A DNA stretch of 64,000 bases from a virus. Lineage: Duplodnaviria; Caudoviricetes. The notes below the pieces were generated by a model. The model was given only the letters and a program-made list of their open reading frames with translations, had not been told where the DNA came from and searched no databases. Each line of letters begins with the position of its first letter. The first letter of the stretch is position 1. The position numbers were made by a program, and so were the translations under genes. Where the stretch lies: IMG/VR virus record IMGVR_UViG_3300017780_002943, positions 3,415 to 67,414 of that record; one strand, written 5' to 3'. This document shows positions 11,068-20,400 of this stretch, piece by piece.

Positions 11068-11111
11068 GGCCTACTGTAAATTCCATAAAGTTTATCGCCA
11101 GGCATCTTTCT

Positions 11112-11142
11112 TGAAACCTTTCTGTATTAAAACGATATATAT
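11112..11142 (+). promoter_or_regulatory. Putative TTGAAAC-class promoter of gp32 (its -10 overlaps a GATATATA late-type motif)
   Basis: TTGAAA-N19-TATATA. Confidence 0.55.
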
Positions 11143-11221
11143 TACATACTGATTTAACAAGATTACTGGCCAGTTACAAGTTATTTTAGGCAAATTAAAA
11201 GGCAAATTAAATTTTATTACA

Positions 11222-12172
11222 ATGGCAAAAAAACCACAAGAGGATTTTGATATCTTTTCTACCAGCGTCGGTGATATCGATCTTTACAAAAGAGAGAAAA
11301 AAGACAGCGTGTTCTATTCTCCTAAAGCAAAAGAAGGCGCAGATGGCACATACAAGGCACTGATCAGATTCATGCCTAATGTCAAAAACCCAAAACAACC
11401 TATCATCCGTAAATTTACCTATTGGTTGGAAAGCCCAGACGGTAAAGGTCAAACATTTGATAGCCCTTCAACCGTAGGTGAAAAGTGTCCTATTCAACAA
11501 ACGTTCTATCGTTTGAAAAATAGCGAATCAGCTGCAGATCGCAGAATGGCTGAGAAGCTTAAGAGAAAAGAGCAATTCTATTCACTTATCAAAGTTATTA
11601 AAGATCCACAAAAGCCTGAAAATGAAGGCCGTTATTTTATCCTTAAGTACGGTACTAAGTTGAAGCAAAAGATTGACGATGAAATGTCACCTAGCTTTGA
11701 TGAACCAACTCAAATCTTTAACCCACTTACAGGTAAAAACTTTGAGCTTATCGTAACCAAGCAAGGTGATTACAACAACTATGACACGTCTAAATTCCAA
11801 AGCAAAAAAACTCCTGTTATCGTTAATGGTCAGCCTGCTGATAATACTTCAGAATGTAAAGATGCTATTCTCAAAGAATTGAGTGATTCACCTGATTTAA
11901 GTACATTTGAATATCAAGCATGGAATGATGAAGAACGTACAAGAGTTGAAAAGTTTCTTTCATACTACACTTCAAGAGGTAGTTCAATTGACGCAGTAGT
12001 AAATGCAAAGCCTAAGGCTGCATCTACATTTGAGTCTGATAGCAGCGAAGATGATGATATGTTTTCTGCTCCTGCTCCGAAAGAAACACCTAAACCTAAA
12101 AAGGAAGCTGAATCAAAACCGTCTAACAACGACGAAGATCTTGACTCTTTCCTAGATGGATTAGGTATTTAA
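11222..12172 (+). CDS. gp32: Single-stranded DNA-binding protein, T4 gp32-like
   Basis: ALIRFMP, CPI, YFILKYG-KLKQKI, NYDTSKF motifs; acidic tail ending DLDSFLDGLGI. Confidence 0.9.
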   Translation: MAKKPQEDFDIFSTSVGDIDLYKREKKDSVFYSPKAKEGADGTYKALIRFMPNVKNPKQPIIRKFTYWLESPDGKGQTFDSPSTVGEKCPIQQTFYRLKNSESAADRRMAEKLKRKEQFYSLIKVIKDPQKPENEGRYFILKYGTKLKQKIDDEMSPSFDEPTQIFNPLTGKNFELIVTKQGDYNNYDTSKFQSKKTPVIVNGQPADNTSECKDAILKELSDSPDLSTFEYQAWNDEERTRVEKFLSYYTSRGSSIDAVVNAKPKAASTFESDSSEDDDMFSAPAPKETPKPKKEAESKPSNNDEDLDSFLDGLGI

Positions 12173-12187
12173 TCATCCAGTATAATC

Positions 12188-12215
12188 AAAAGGGAGTCTT
12201 ACGGCTCCCTTTTTT
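12188..12215 (+). terminator. Intrinsic terminator
   Basis: GGGAGTC-TTAC-GGCTCCC stem (one G-U pair) followed by T6. Confidence 0.85.
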
Positions 12216-12226
12216 ACTTTTAACAA

Positions 12227-13303
12227 ATGCTAGCATTGGATAATAAGTTTCAAATAGACGAGGCGTTTAGAAACAAGGTAGAAGGTTTAGTTGAAGATAT
12301 ACTAACTTCCGCACATGGTCGAGGGGCTAAAGCAAGAATTAAGCGAATGCACAACCGCTTAAACTTTGCATGTCCCTATTGTGGCGATAGTAGCAATGAC
12401 ATGCTTAAGAAAAGGGGTAACCTATTTTGGGACACTTTATACTACCACTGCTATAACTATGGCTGCAAAACCCATAAATCGGTAAATGAATTTATAAATG
12501 ACTACATACCTAATGGCCTAAGCAGTAATGAAAGAATTGGTGTAATTGACTATATCAAGTCAAATAATAAAAAGACGGTTAGGCAAACTGTTAAGTACGA
12601 GATATTCGAGAAGCTATATAAATTAGCAGTACCTGTTGATTTGTTCATGGAAAGAACCGGTACAAAGAGAATAAAAGAAGGTGATACTGCATATGAATAT
12701 CTCAAGGGTAGATTGCTAACCAGATCTCTAGATGGTTTTACATTTGGAAATAACAAACTGTACATTCTTAATCTAACAAATGACAGTAAACGGGTTGTTG
12801 GTTTTCAAATGAGAAATCTGGGTAGATCTGGTTCAAAGTATCAAACATATAATATCGAAAAGCTATACGGATTCTGTGGCTTAGAATTACCTGAAGACGC
12901 AGACGTTGAAAAGCTAAATGATGTATCTACTCTTTTCGGTATACTTGATATAGATTTTACTAGACCAGTTACCGTATTTGAAGGACCGATAGACGCAAAG
13001 TTTATAGGTAATAGTTTAGCATTATGTACGGTAGGTAGAAATGTTGAGCAATTTCAAGATATACCAACAGTCAGATATATGTTTGACAATGACCGATCAG
13101 GTAAAGAAGCAATGCGAGGTCTTCTTAAAACCGGTAAAGAAGTTTTCTTATGGTCTAAGTTTATATCTGAACACGGTCTAACTGAATACAATATAAAGGA
13201 TATGAACGACCTGATTATTACATGCTATAAGAATAAACTACAGGCGTATAAATATATTAGTAGCTATTTTTCATCTAACGGTTTAGATAGTTTCTATGTA
13301 TAA
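12227..13303 (+). CDS. gp61: DNA primase, T4 gp61-like
   Basis: Zn finger CPYCGDS...HCYNYGC; TOPRIM VFEGPIDA...MFDND. Confidence 0.9.
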   Translation: MLALDNKFQIDEAFRNKVEGLVEDILTSAHGRGAKARIKRMHNRLNFACPYCGDSSNDMLKKRGNLFWDTLYYHCYNYGCKTHKSVNEFINDYIPNGLSSNERIGVIDYIKSNNKKTVRQTVKYEIFEKLYKLAVPVDLFMERTGTKRIKEGDTAYEYLKGRLLTRSLDGFTFGNNKLYILNLTNDSKRVVGFQMRNLGRSGSKYQTYNIEKLYGFCGLELPEDADVEKLNDVSTLFGILDIDFTRPVTVFEGPIDAKFIGNSLALCTVGRNVEQFQDIPTVRYMFDNDRSGKEAMRGLLKTGKEVFLWSKFISEHGLTEYNIKDMNDLIITCYKNKLQAYKYISSYFSSNGLDSFYV

Positions 13304-13511
13304 AAATAACGAATGGATAATGGAAGAACTTGATAAATTTAATCAAGACCATGAAACGCACCTTAAGAAATTTAAGCTCTTGTTAGAGGATTTACCTTCA
13401 GCTAACTATGATTATAATGGCAAAACAATTTCAGAATTTCAAGTAAAAACAAAGAAGAGAAAGGTTATCATTTATAAAAAGGAATCTGATAACGAGGATA
13501 AATTATTTTAA
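13296..13511 (+). CDS. Hypothetical protein ending EDKLF (possible clamp-binding tail)
   Basis: Overlaps the primase stop; fills the gap before the uvsY-like gene. Confidence 0.55.
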   Translation: MYKNNEWIMEELDKFNQDHETHLKKFKLLLEDLPSANYDYNGKTISEFQVKTKKRKVIIYKKESDNEDKLF

Positions 13512-13513
13512 CT

Positions 13514-13951
13514 ATGGAAAATCAAACAGAATTAGATAAACTTAACGATCTTGAAAAATTCCTAGAAAAGCAAAGAAGCGAGTGGGGAGATAGGATCGTT
13601 GAATTGATAAGTAAGATCAGGGAATTTGAAAACTTGGCAGAAGCTCAGGTTACCATGCTTAGTTATCGCCACATGATAATAGATCAGATCGCTAAGATAA
13701 ACATAACCTTAAGAAAAAGAGAGTCATCTTACAATATCCAATACAAGAATAAATTTCTTGAGTACTTCAACTATGACTATAAGCTAAATGACAAGCAAAA
13801 AGTTAATATGGTTGAAGCCGATCTTTCTATACTTGATAGACAAATAGGTTTTCTTACCGCACAGATCGAGTATTTTAAGGAGTGTATAAAAACACTAGAC
13901 AATGTTGGATGGGCAATTAAGAATAGACTTAACATCAATGAACTAGCATAA
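13514..13951 (+). CDS. uvsY: UvsY-like recombination mediator
   Basis: Helical 145 aa protein, C-terminal IKTLDNVGWAIKNRL pattern; directly upstream of uvsW. Confidence 0.7.
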   Translation: MENQTELDKLNDLEKFLEKQRSEWGDRIVELISKIREFENLAEAQVTMLSYRHMIIDQIAKINITLRKRESSYNIQYKNKFLEYFNYDYKLNDKQKVNMVEADLSILDRQIGFLTAQIEYFKECIKTLDNVGWAIKNRLNINELA

Positions 13952-13952
13952 A

Positions 13953-15452
13953 GTGAAACTTGAACTAAGTGAAGATAATAAGTATCTAATCGTAGCTGAG
14001 GCAACCGACATCGAGATTGAACAACTTCGAATATGCTTGACCAGAAAGGTAAATGGATGGAGGTTTCATCCGCTGGTTAAACAGGGTCACTGGGATGGTA
14101 ATGTTTCATATTTCTTAAAAGATAGATTCATACCAGTAGGTTTATGGAGAGAAGTTACAGACATCTGTAAGAAGTTTAATTATGAAATTGAAATCGAGGG
14201 TATAAGAAGACTTTTCGATAACACAATTAAATTTGAAGAATTTGAACAATGGGTAAAAGATTATTTCCAAGGTTTCAACATGGAAATAAGACCATATCAA
14301 GTAGAAGCGGCGTACCGTGTTCTAAAGAATAGAGTATGCGTAGCTGAGCTTGCAACGTCTGCAGGTAAGACACTTATTTCATATATCATTGTATCATATC
14401 TCCTGCAAAAGGAAAAAGCCAAGAAGATTCTATTTATAGTACCCAGCGTAAGCCTTGTAACACAGGGTGTAAGCGACTTTAAAAGCTATGCCAGATTCGT
14501 TGAGAATCCTGTTAAAATTAAATTCCAAGAGGTTTATGCCGGTCAAGCACCGAAAGCGGATTATAATTTTGTAATAGGTACTTATCAGTCATTGTCTAAA
14601 AAGCCTAAAGAATACTATGAAGACTTTGATGCGGTTATAGTAGATGAGACACACAAGGTTAAAGCCCAGTCTATCAAACAAATCCTGGAAAAATGTGTAA
14701 ATGCAGTTTACAGATTTGGTCTTTCTGGTACAATACCTAAACCTGAAACACTTGACAGGCTCACCTTGATGAGCTATACTGGTCCACTGATCACCGAAGT
14801 TAGTGCGAACTATCTGGCGTCTGAAGGCTTTGTGACAAAATGTAGAGTACAGGTTATAGAAATGGACTATGCGCCAGAAGAGGTTAAAGTAGCATTCTCT
14901 AATTTAAGCCGAACGCCCAGTAGAAAAGAATTGTACCAAATGGAACAAGACTTCATTGTCAAAAACAATGAGCGTCTTAATTTCATTGCTGATGTAATAG
15001 GCAGATCAACTAAAAGTAGTCTTGTGCTTTTCCATAGAATTGAACACGGTCAAAAGCTATATAAACTCTTAAGGGAAAAGTTCAGCCGACCTATCTATTA
15101 TGTAGACGGTGGAACAGATGCTGAAATACGAGATGTGTATAAGGATAAAATGGAAAAATCTGAAAATGTTATTCTTATTGCCAGCTTCGGTACATTCAGT
15201 ACAGGTATCAGCATTAAGAATATACACAATATCTTCTTTACAGAATCCTTTAAGTCTGAAATTATTGTAAGACAAAGTATAGGTCGAGGTCTGAGACTAC
15301 ACAAAGACAAGGAATTGTTAACCATAATCGACTTCGTCGATAACTTTAATTATGACGGCTGGGAAGGTTATCTCTATAAACACAGTAAAGAGAGGCAGAA
15401 GATTTACAAAGATCAGAAATTTTCGTACGCAGTTAAACAGGTTAAATTCTGA
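13953..15452 (+). CDS. uvsW: UvsW-like SF2 DNA helicase (GTG start)
   Basis: ATSAGKT Walker A, VDETH, GLSGT, QSIGRGLR. Confidence 0.92.
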   Translation: MKLELSEDNKYLIVAEATDIEIEQLRICLTRKVNGWRFHPLVKQGHWDGNVSYFLKDRFIPVGLWREVTDICKKFNYEIEIEGIRRLFDNTIKFEEFEQWVKDYFQGFNMEIRPYQVEAAYRVLKNRVCVAELATSAGKTLISYIIVSYLLQKEKAKKILFIVPSVSLVTQGVSDFKSYARFVENPVKIKFQEVYAGQAPKADYNFVIGTYQSLSKKPKEYYEDFDAVIVDETHKVKAQSIKQILEKCVNAVYRFGLSGTIPKPETLDRLTLMSYTGPLITEVSANYLASEGFVTKCRVQVIEMDYAPEEVKVAFSNLSRTPSRKELYQMEQDFIVKNNERLNFIADVIGRSTKSSLVLFHRIEHGQKLYKLLREKFSRPIYYVDGGTDAEIRDVYKDKMEKSENVILIASFGTFSTGISIKNIHNIFFTESFKSEIIVRQSIGRGLRLHKDKELLTIIDFVDNFNYDGWEGYLYKHSKERQKIYKDQKFSYAVKQVKF

Positions 15453-15458
15453 TATATA
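15451..15458 (+). promoter_or_regulatory. Putative late promoter GATATATA heading the CTS-protein island
   Basis: Motif 17 nt before ATG 15476. Confidence 0.55.
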
Positions 15459-15475
15459 ATCAAAAACCTAGGGTT

Positions 15476-15760
15476 ATGCCTGTAAAGAATTATAAAGACT
15501 TCATAAGCGAAGAGACAAGTGATCTATCAATAGTGCCAAAGGAAATGGCCAATGGTGATATGTCTGAAGAGCAAGAAATGGCAATAGGCCAGCTCAAAAC
15601 CACAATAGACCATGCCAGCGAACTAATCAATCTTATCGGCAATGTTAAAGATATTGAAGCATGGGTTCAAAGCAAGATAACTACCGCAGCAGACTATGTT
15701 GAAACAGTACATAGTTATATGCAAAGTCGATTAGACAATAAAAGTGAAAATCCAAAATAA
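15476..15760 (+). CDS. Putative internal head protein (CTS-like KNYKDFISE)
   Basis: CTS-like N-terminus; helical IEAWVQSKITTAADYV segment. Confidence 0.6.
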   Translation: MPVKNYKDFISEETSDLSIVPKEMANGDMSEEQEMAIGQLKTTIDHASELINLIGNVKDIEAWVQSKITTAADYVETVHSYMQSRLDNKSENPK

Positions 15761-15773
15761 ACAAATAATTAAA

Positions 15774-16196
15774 ATGAAAAATCTAATGTCATTTGAAAAT
15801 TTTACTCAGCGTGTTAAGACAGACTCTGAAGCTAAAGTTATTGAAAAAAAGACTATGACTCAAAAATCAATGGGTGTAGCATTTGAAAATCTTCTTAGAG
15901 AATTTGATGTAACTAACCCATCTGAGATCACTGAAGAGCAAAAGTCTGCGTTCATGGAAAAGCTTTTCAGTGCAGAAGCTATGAATGAACTTTCTAGCCC
16001 TTCTACAGGTTCAGAAGTAAATGAAGCTGATATCAAGACAGATGATGATTTCAGAGAGTATGTAAACACTATTCTTAAGCAACAACACCCAGATGATTTT
16101 GATGAAGCTAAAGCTAAAGAAGTAGCATCTGGTCTTCTTGCTAAGAAAAAGGGTGACGATTACGGTACTCTTATCGGAATGTTAAATAAAGCCTAA
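15774..16196 (+). CDS. Putative internal head protein (CTS-like MKNLMSFENF)
   Basis: ATG at 15774 preferred to GTG at 15744; MNE and VNE protease-type sites. Confidence 0.55.
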   Translation: MKNLMSFENFTQRVKTDSEAKVIEKKTMTQKSMGVAFENLLREFDVTNPSEITEEQKSAFMEKLFSAEAMNELSSPSTGSEVNEADIKTDDDFREYVNTILKQQHPDDFDEAKAKEVASGLLAKKKGDDYGTLIGMLNKA

Positions 16197-16199
16197 TAC

Positions 16200-17465
16200 A
16201 TGAAATTACTTTCGTTTGATGCATTCGTAAATGAAATGTATCAGCCAGTCTTTGAAGGCGGTGCAGCAGGACATATGATGCACCCCTTTGACGATGCTGA
16301 ACTTACATTTGACGATTTTAGAAAAATGATTGAAGCAGGTCTTTCTGGTGAATTAAATTTCGAGGAAGACCCTACGGAAAAGACCGATGGTCAAAATATC
16401 TTTGCCACAGTAAAAGATGGTAAAGCAATGTTTGCCCGTAACAAGGGTCAGCTTCAGAATCCAATAGATCTTTCAGGTGTTCAAAATATGTTTGCAGACC
16501 ATCCATCAGAAATGGTTAGAGACACGTTTACGCTTGCGGCTAAAGATTTAGCTAAAGGCCTAGAGGGTTTATCAAAGAATGACCAAGATTCATACTTTGA
16601 AAATGGATTAAATTTCATGAATATGGAACTTATCTACTCTAAGAACTCAAACGTTATTAACTACGATAGAGATGTTATCCAATTTCACGGTATTAAAAAG
16701 ACTGATGGTCAAGGTAACATCACAGGTGAAGATAGTAAATCAGCTAAAGATTTAGCAAAGATTATTAAAGACGCCAACAATCATATCGGTGATGTATTTG
16801 AAATCATTCCACCTCAGGCTCTTAAAGTTGCTAAAGAAGCGGACTTCGATGCTAAGAAAGGTTACTTTATGCAAAAGGTTAATAAGCTTCAAGATGAGTT
16901 TAAACTTGCTGCAGGTGATCCTGTTTCTAAATACCATGAAATGTGGTGGAGAAGAGAGATAGACAAATCGTTCCCTAAACTTGAACAATCCATTAAAGAC
17001 GGTTTAGTATTAAGATGGGCATATGACGATAAGAAGTCATTAGATCTTAGAGCTCTTGCCAAGATGATATCACCAGAAGAGATGGAAGCTATCAAGACGT
17101 ACGATAAAGAAGACGTTAAAAAGAAGTATAAAGAAAACATTAGACCATTCGAAGATTTATTCTTGGAATTAGGATCTGTTGTTCTTAAGAATGCTTCTAA
17201 CTTCCTGGCTCTTTCACCTGATGCAGAGAAGCAAAGACTTCATGATACAATTAGAAAAGAATCTGAAGCCATTAAATTAAATGGTGACACCAAGCAAATC
17301 GAAAAGGTTGAATCAGAGTTAGCTAGATTAGCCCGTATTGGTGGTATTGAGTCAATCATACCAACTGAAGGTCTTGTCTTTAAATATAAAGGCGGTATGT
17401 ACAAATTAACTGGTACATTCGCTGCAATTAACCAATTAATGGGAATTATTAAATACGGTAGATAA
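16200..17465 (+). CDS. CTS-tagged covalent nucleotidyltransferase (RNA/DNA ligase-fold) protein
   Basis: MKLLSFDAFVNE leader; motif I EKTDG (16377-16391), Ia FARNK, III MNMEL, IV EGLVFK, V YKLTG. Confidence 0.65.
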   Translation: MKLLSFDAFVNEMYQPVFEGGAAGHMMHPFDDAELTFDDFRKMIEAGLSGELNFEEDPTEKTDGQNIFATVKDGKAMFARNKGQLQNPIDLSGVQNMFADHPSEMVRDTFTLAAKDLAKGLEGLSKNDQDSYFENGLNFMNMELIYSKNSNVINYDRDVIQFHGIKKTDGQGNITGEDSKSAKDLAKIIKDANNHIGDVFEIIPPQALKVAKEADFDAKKGYFMQKVNKLQDEFKLAAGDPVSKYHEMWWRREIDKSFPKLEQSIKDGLVLRWAYDDKKSLDLRALAKMISPEEMEAIKTYDKEDVKKKYKENIRPFEDLFLELGSVVLKNASNFLALSPDAEKQRLHDTIRKESEAIKLNGDTKQIEKVESELARLARIGGIESIIPTEGLVFKYKGGMYKLTGTFAAINQLMGIIKYGR

Positions 17466-20400
17466 TGGCACTTACAAATCTCAAGCAGATATTCAAAGAC
17501 AGAGGTAGAAGTTTTATTGAAAATCTATTCACTAAATACGTAATAGTAAGTGAGCAGATGGATGGCTCTCGTTTTACAATCATGAGAACCCAGAATGGTT
17601 CGCTTGAGTATTGTAAGAAAGACGGTAGTACCATCAACTTCATTGACAGAACCATGATGGTATTCTATGAAAAGGCGATTGAGCACTTTGAAGGATTAGG
17701 TATGGAGACCGTTGTTAAAATGCCTGACAATTGGGTATTTGGCTTTCAATATTTTCCATCTGTAGCACCTGTCAACATCGTCTATGACAGACTACCAAAG
17801 AACAACTTAATACTTACCGACATCCAGATTACAAATGGTCAAGGTAGAGTATTAAAAACCATATCTGACCCTAGAGTACTTGGTGATTGGGCTAAAACTC
17901 TTGATGTTGAAAATCCGCCGATTATTCATAACGGATATCTAACATCACTACAGAAAGAAAAGATAATGGACTACTTAAGTACTCCAGAATCTAACCTTTT
18001 ATCAATGTTCAATAGCCTATCTTTTACCAGATACATTATTAGCATTCTTAATCCTGATCTTAGAACCAGTGCCTTAATGAATGACATCGATAAACCAATC
18101 GAGGGTATTGTCTTTAAGTTTATTACACCAGGTGAAAGTGAAGTCTACTCTGCTAGACTTATAGATCCAATTATGCATCAGCATTCAATGAACGTCACTA
18201 AACCGGTTGATAGAAAGGCTAATGACATGTATCAGATAGCAATGCTAGACATAATTGAATTTATGGAACTGGTAAATCTAAATGATATACAACTTAATAG
18301 TGAATCACCAGATGAAAGATACATTGAATTGATCTGTATCTTATTCAATGATTACATTCAAAAGAATGGTCATAAATATATTGGTGTTGACTTTGAAACA
18401 CCTGATTTTGCAAAGAAGCCTGAGTTTGAAATAAACTTAGCTACTATACCTAATGAAAGAACAAGAGAAATCCTTAAGAATAGTAGGCTGAATGACCTTT
18501 TCAAAATCGTTATCAGCTCTTTTAGAAAGTATAGAAAGAACACGACTGCAATACTAACCAAGCAGATTGTAGACACATTAAATTCCATCATAGAGAATAT
18601 ACAAAAGAAAGTCGAATTGATGCCAGAAGAAAATCAAATACTAGACTTCAATAACTACTTAAAGAGATCACAGATAGAGAACGTAGCATCTATCTTTGAA
18701 AGTATAGTTACTGAAGCACTCAATCTAAATACCACTGAAAAGGGTAAAACAAAGGTTAACATCCTAGCAGGAAGATTTCAACCCTTCACCGAAGGTCACA
18801 TGAAAGTTGTAGAACAACTATATAAAGCTAATGGTCTACCAACGTTTATACTTATTGTTAGGGGTAGCAAGTCTGATCCTACTAAAAATCCATTTGACGA
18901 AGATACTCAACTGGCAATGATCGGCTCTATACAGGGTCAAAATAAAATGATTGAAGGTGCCGCTGTAATTGGTACAGCAGGTATCGATACCATATTCAAT
19001 GCTTTGAGACCTGCATATGAACCAGTTCTATGGGGTGCAGGAACAGATAGATTGAAAGCCTATAAGTATCAGATTGACAAATACAAAGAAGAGCTTAACG
19101 CTTTACCAGAACTTGATGCCTTTGAAATAAAAAGAGGTGACGAAGATATTAGTGCAACCAAGGTTAGAGAGGCGCTTAAAATAGACGATGAAAAGACGTT
19201 TAAGCAAATGACGCCAAGAGGTATGCATAAAATGTATGATGAGCTTAAAACAATCATGCAATCAATTAAAGAAAACAATTCATTTAGCCTATTAACCTTT
19301 AATGATTTCATCAATGAAAGTCTTATTACAGAGTCTGAAAAGGATGGAACTGTATGGGATATAGCATATGACAACTGGGCTTCAAGTGCTAAAGTAACAC
19401 CAAGTAGAGTTGTTGCAGGTACAAAAGGTAGAGGTAAACCAAGTAAAGGTGAAGGTGAAGTTTTAAGAGCTGCATTTGGAGGTACATCGGTTGCTGAATC
19501 TAATATGACATCATATCTAAACAGCATCGGCGCTCCTACAGGCACATTTATGTTTGATAGTGTTTTACCCCCTAAACAAGGAAACTCTGGTGATTACTAT
19601 ACCTACTACATTAAATTCAAGAAACAGGTTACTTTATTAAATAAGTTTTCTTATAATAGAGGTGATAGCATAGTTTTAGTAGATGCCACAAAGGAGAGTA
19701 AGTCTGGCGAAACTGCAGTAATAGGTAAAAAGAAAGTAACACCTGATGAATTAAACTTAACTCAAAACTCTTATGAGAGTTCATTAGCTTATGCAAGTGT
19801 TATAGAATCCAGTATTAACACAACAAAATATCCAGATAATTATAAAAACTTCTTAAATGGTTTAGTTAAATCTATTACAGGCGACAGGTCAAATAAAAAC
19901 CAATACGATAATGTAATGGATTTCCTAGAAAAAGGAACAGGTAAGTCATACACATACAAGATACCAGCGGATATTTTAGAAGGTATAGATTTGATATCAA
20001 TATCCAATACTGCTAATGACTTTGGTGAAGTTTTAGGCGGCCTGCATTTATTTAATCTGGTTAGAAAGTATAAAAGCGGTGTTTCATTCCCTAAAGCATC
20101 AAATGCAGAACTTGTAGATTTTATATTCGATGGTTTACACATATCATCTAAGGCAGGTAGTAAAGGTGGAACACCTGCAGCAACTGGTCTTGTTAAAGCA
20201 ATTACAGCTTTAGTAGATGCAGGTGAGTTAGCACTCGGCTCAAAGGAGCAAGATCTATACGATAACATTCTTAAGAAGATAGTTGATTTAAGCATATTTG
20301 GTTTCTATAACGAAATGCTGATGTCATATCTAAATAGCTCAGGAACTGCATACAATTACTTAATAAAAACTTCAGGTTTAGAACCATCTACCTTGACAAA

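Noticed and set aside
12181-12186. Perfect TATAAT after gp32
   Set aside because: No TTGAAAC-like -35 at the expected spacing, and it lies directly before a terminator
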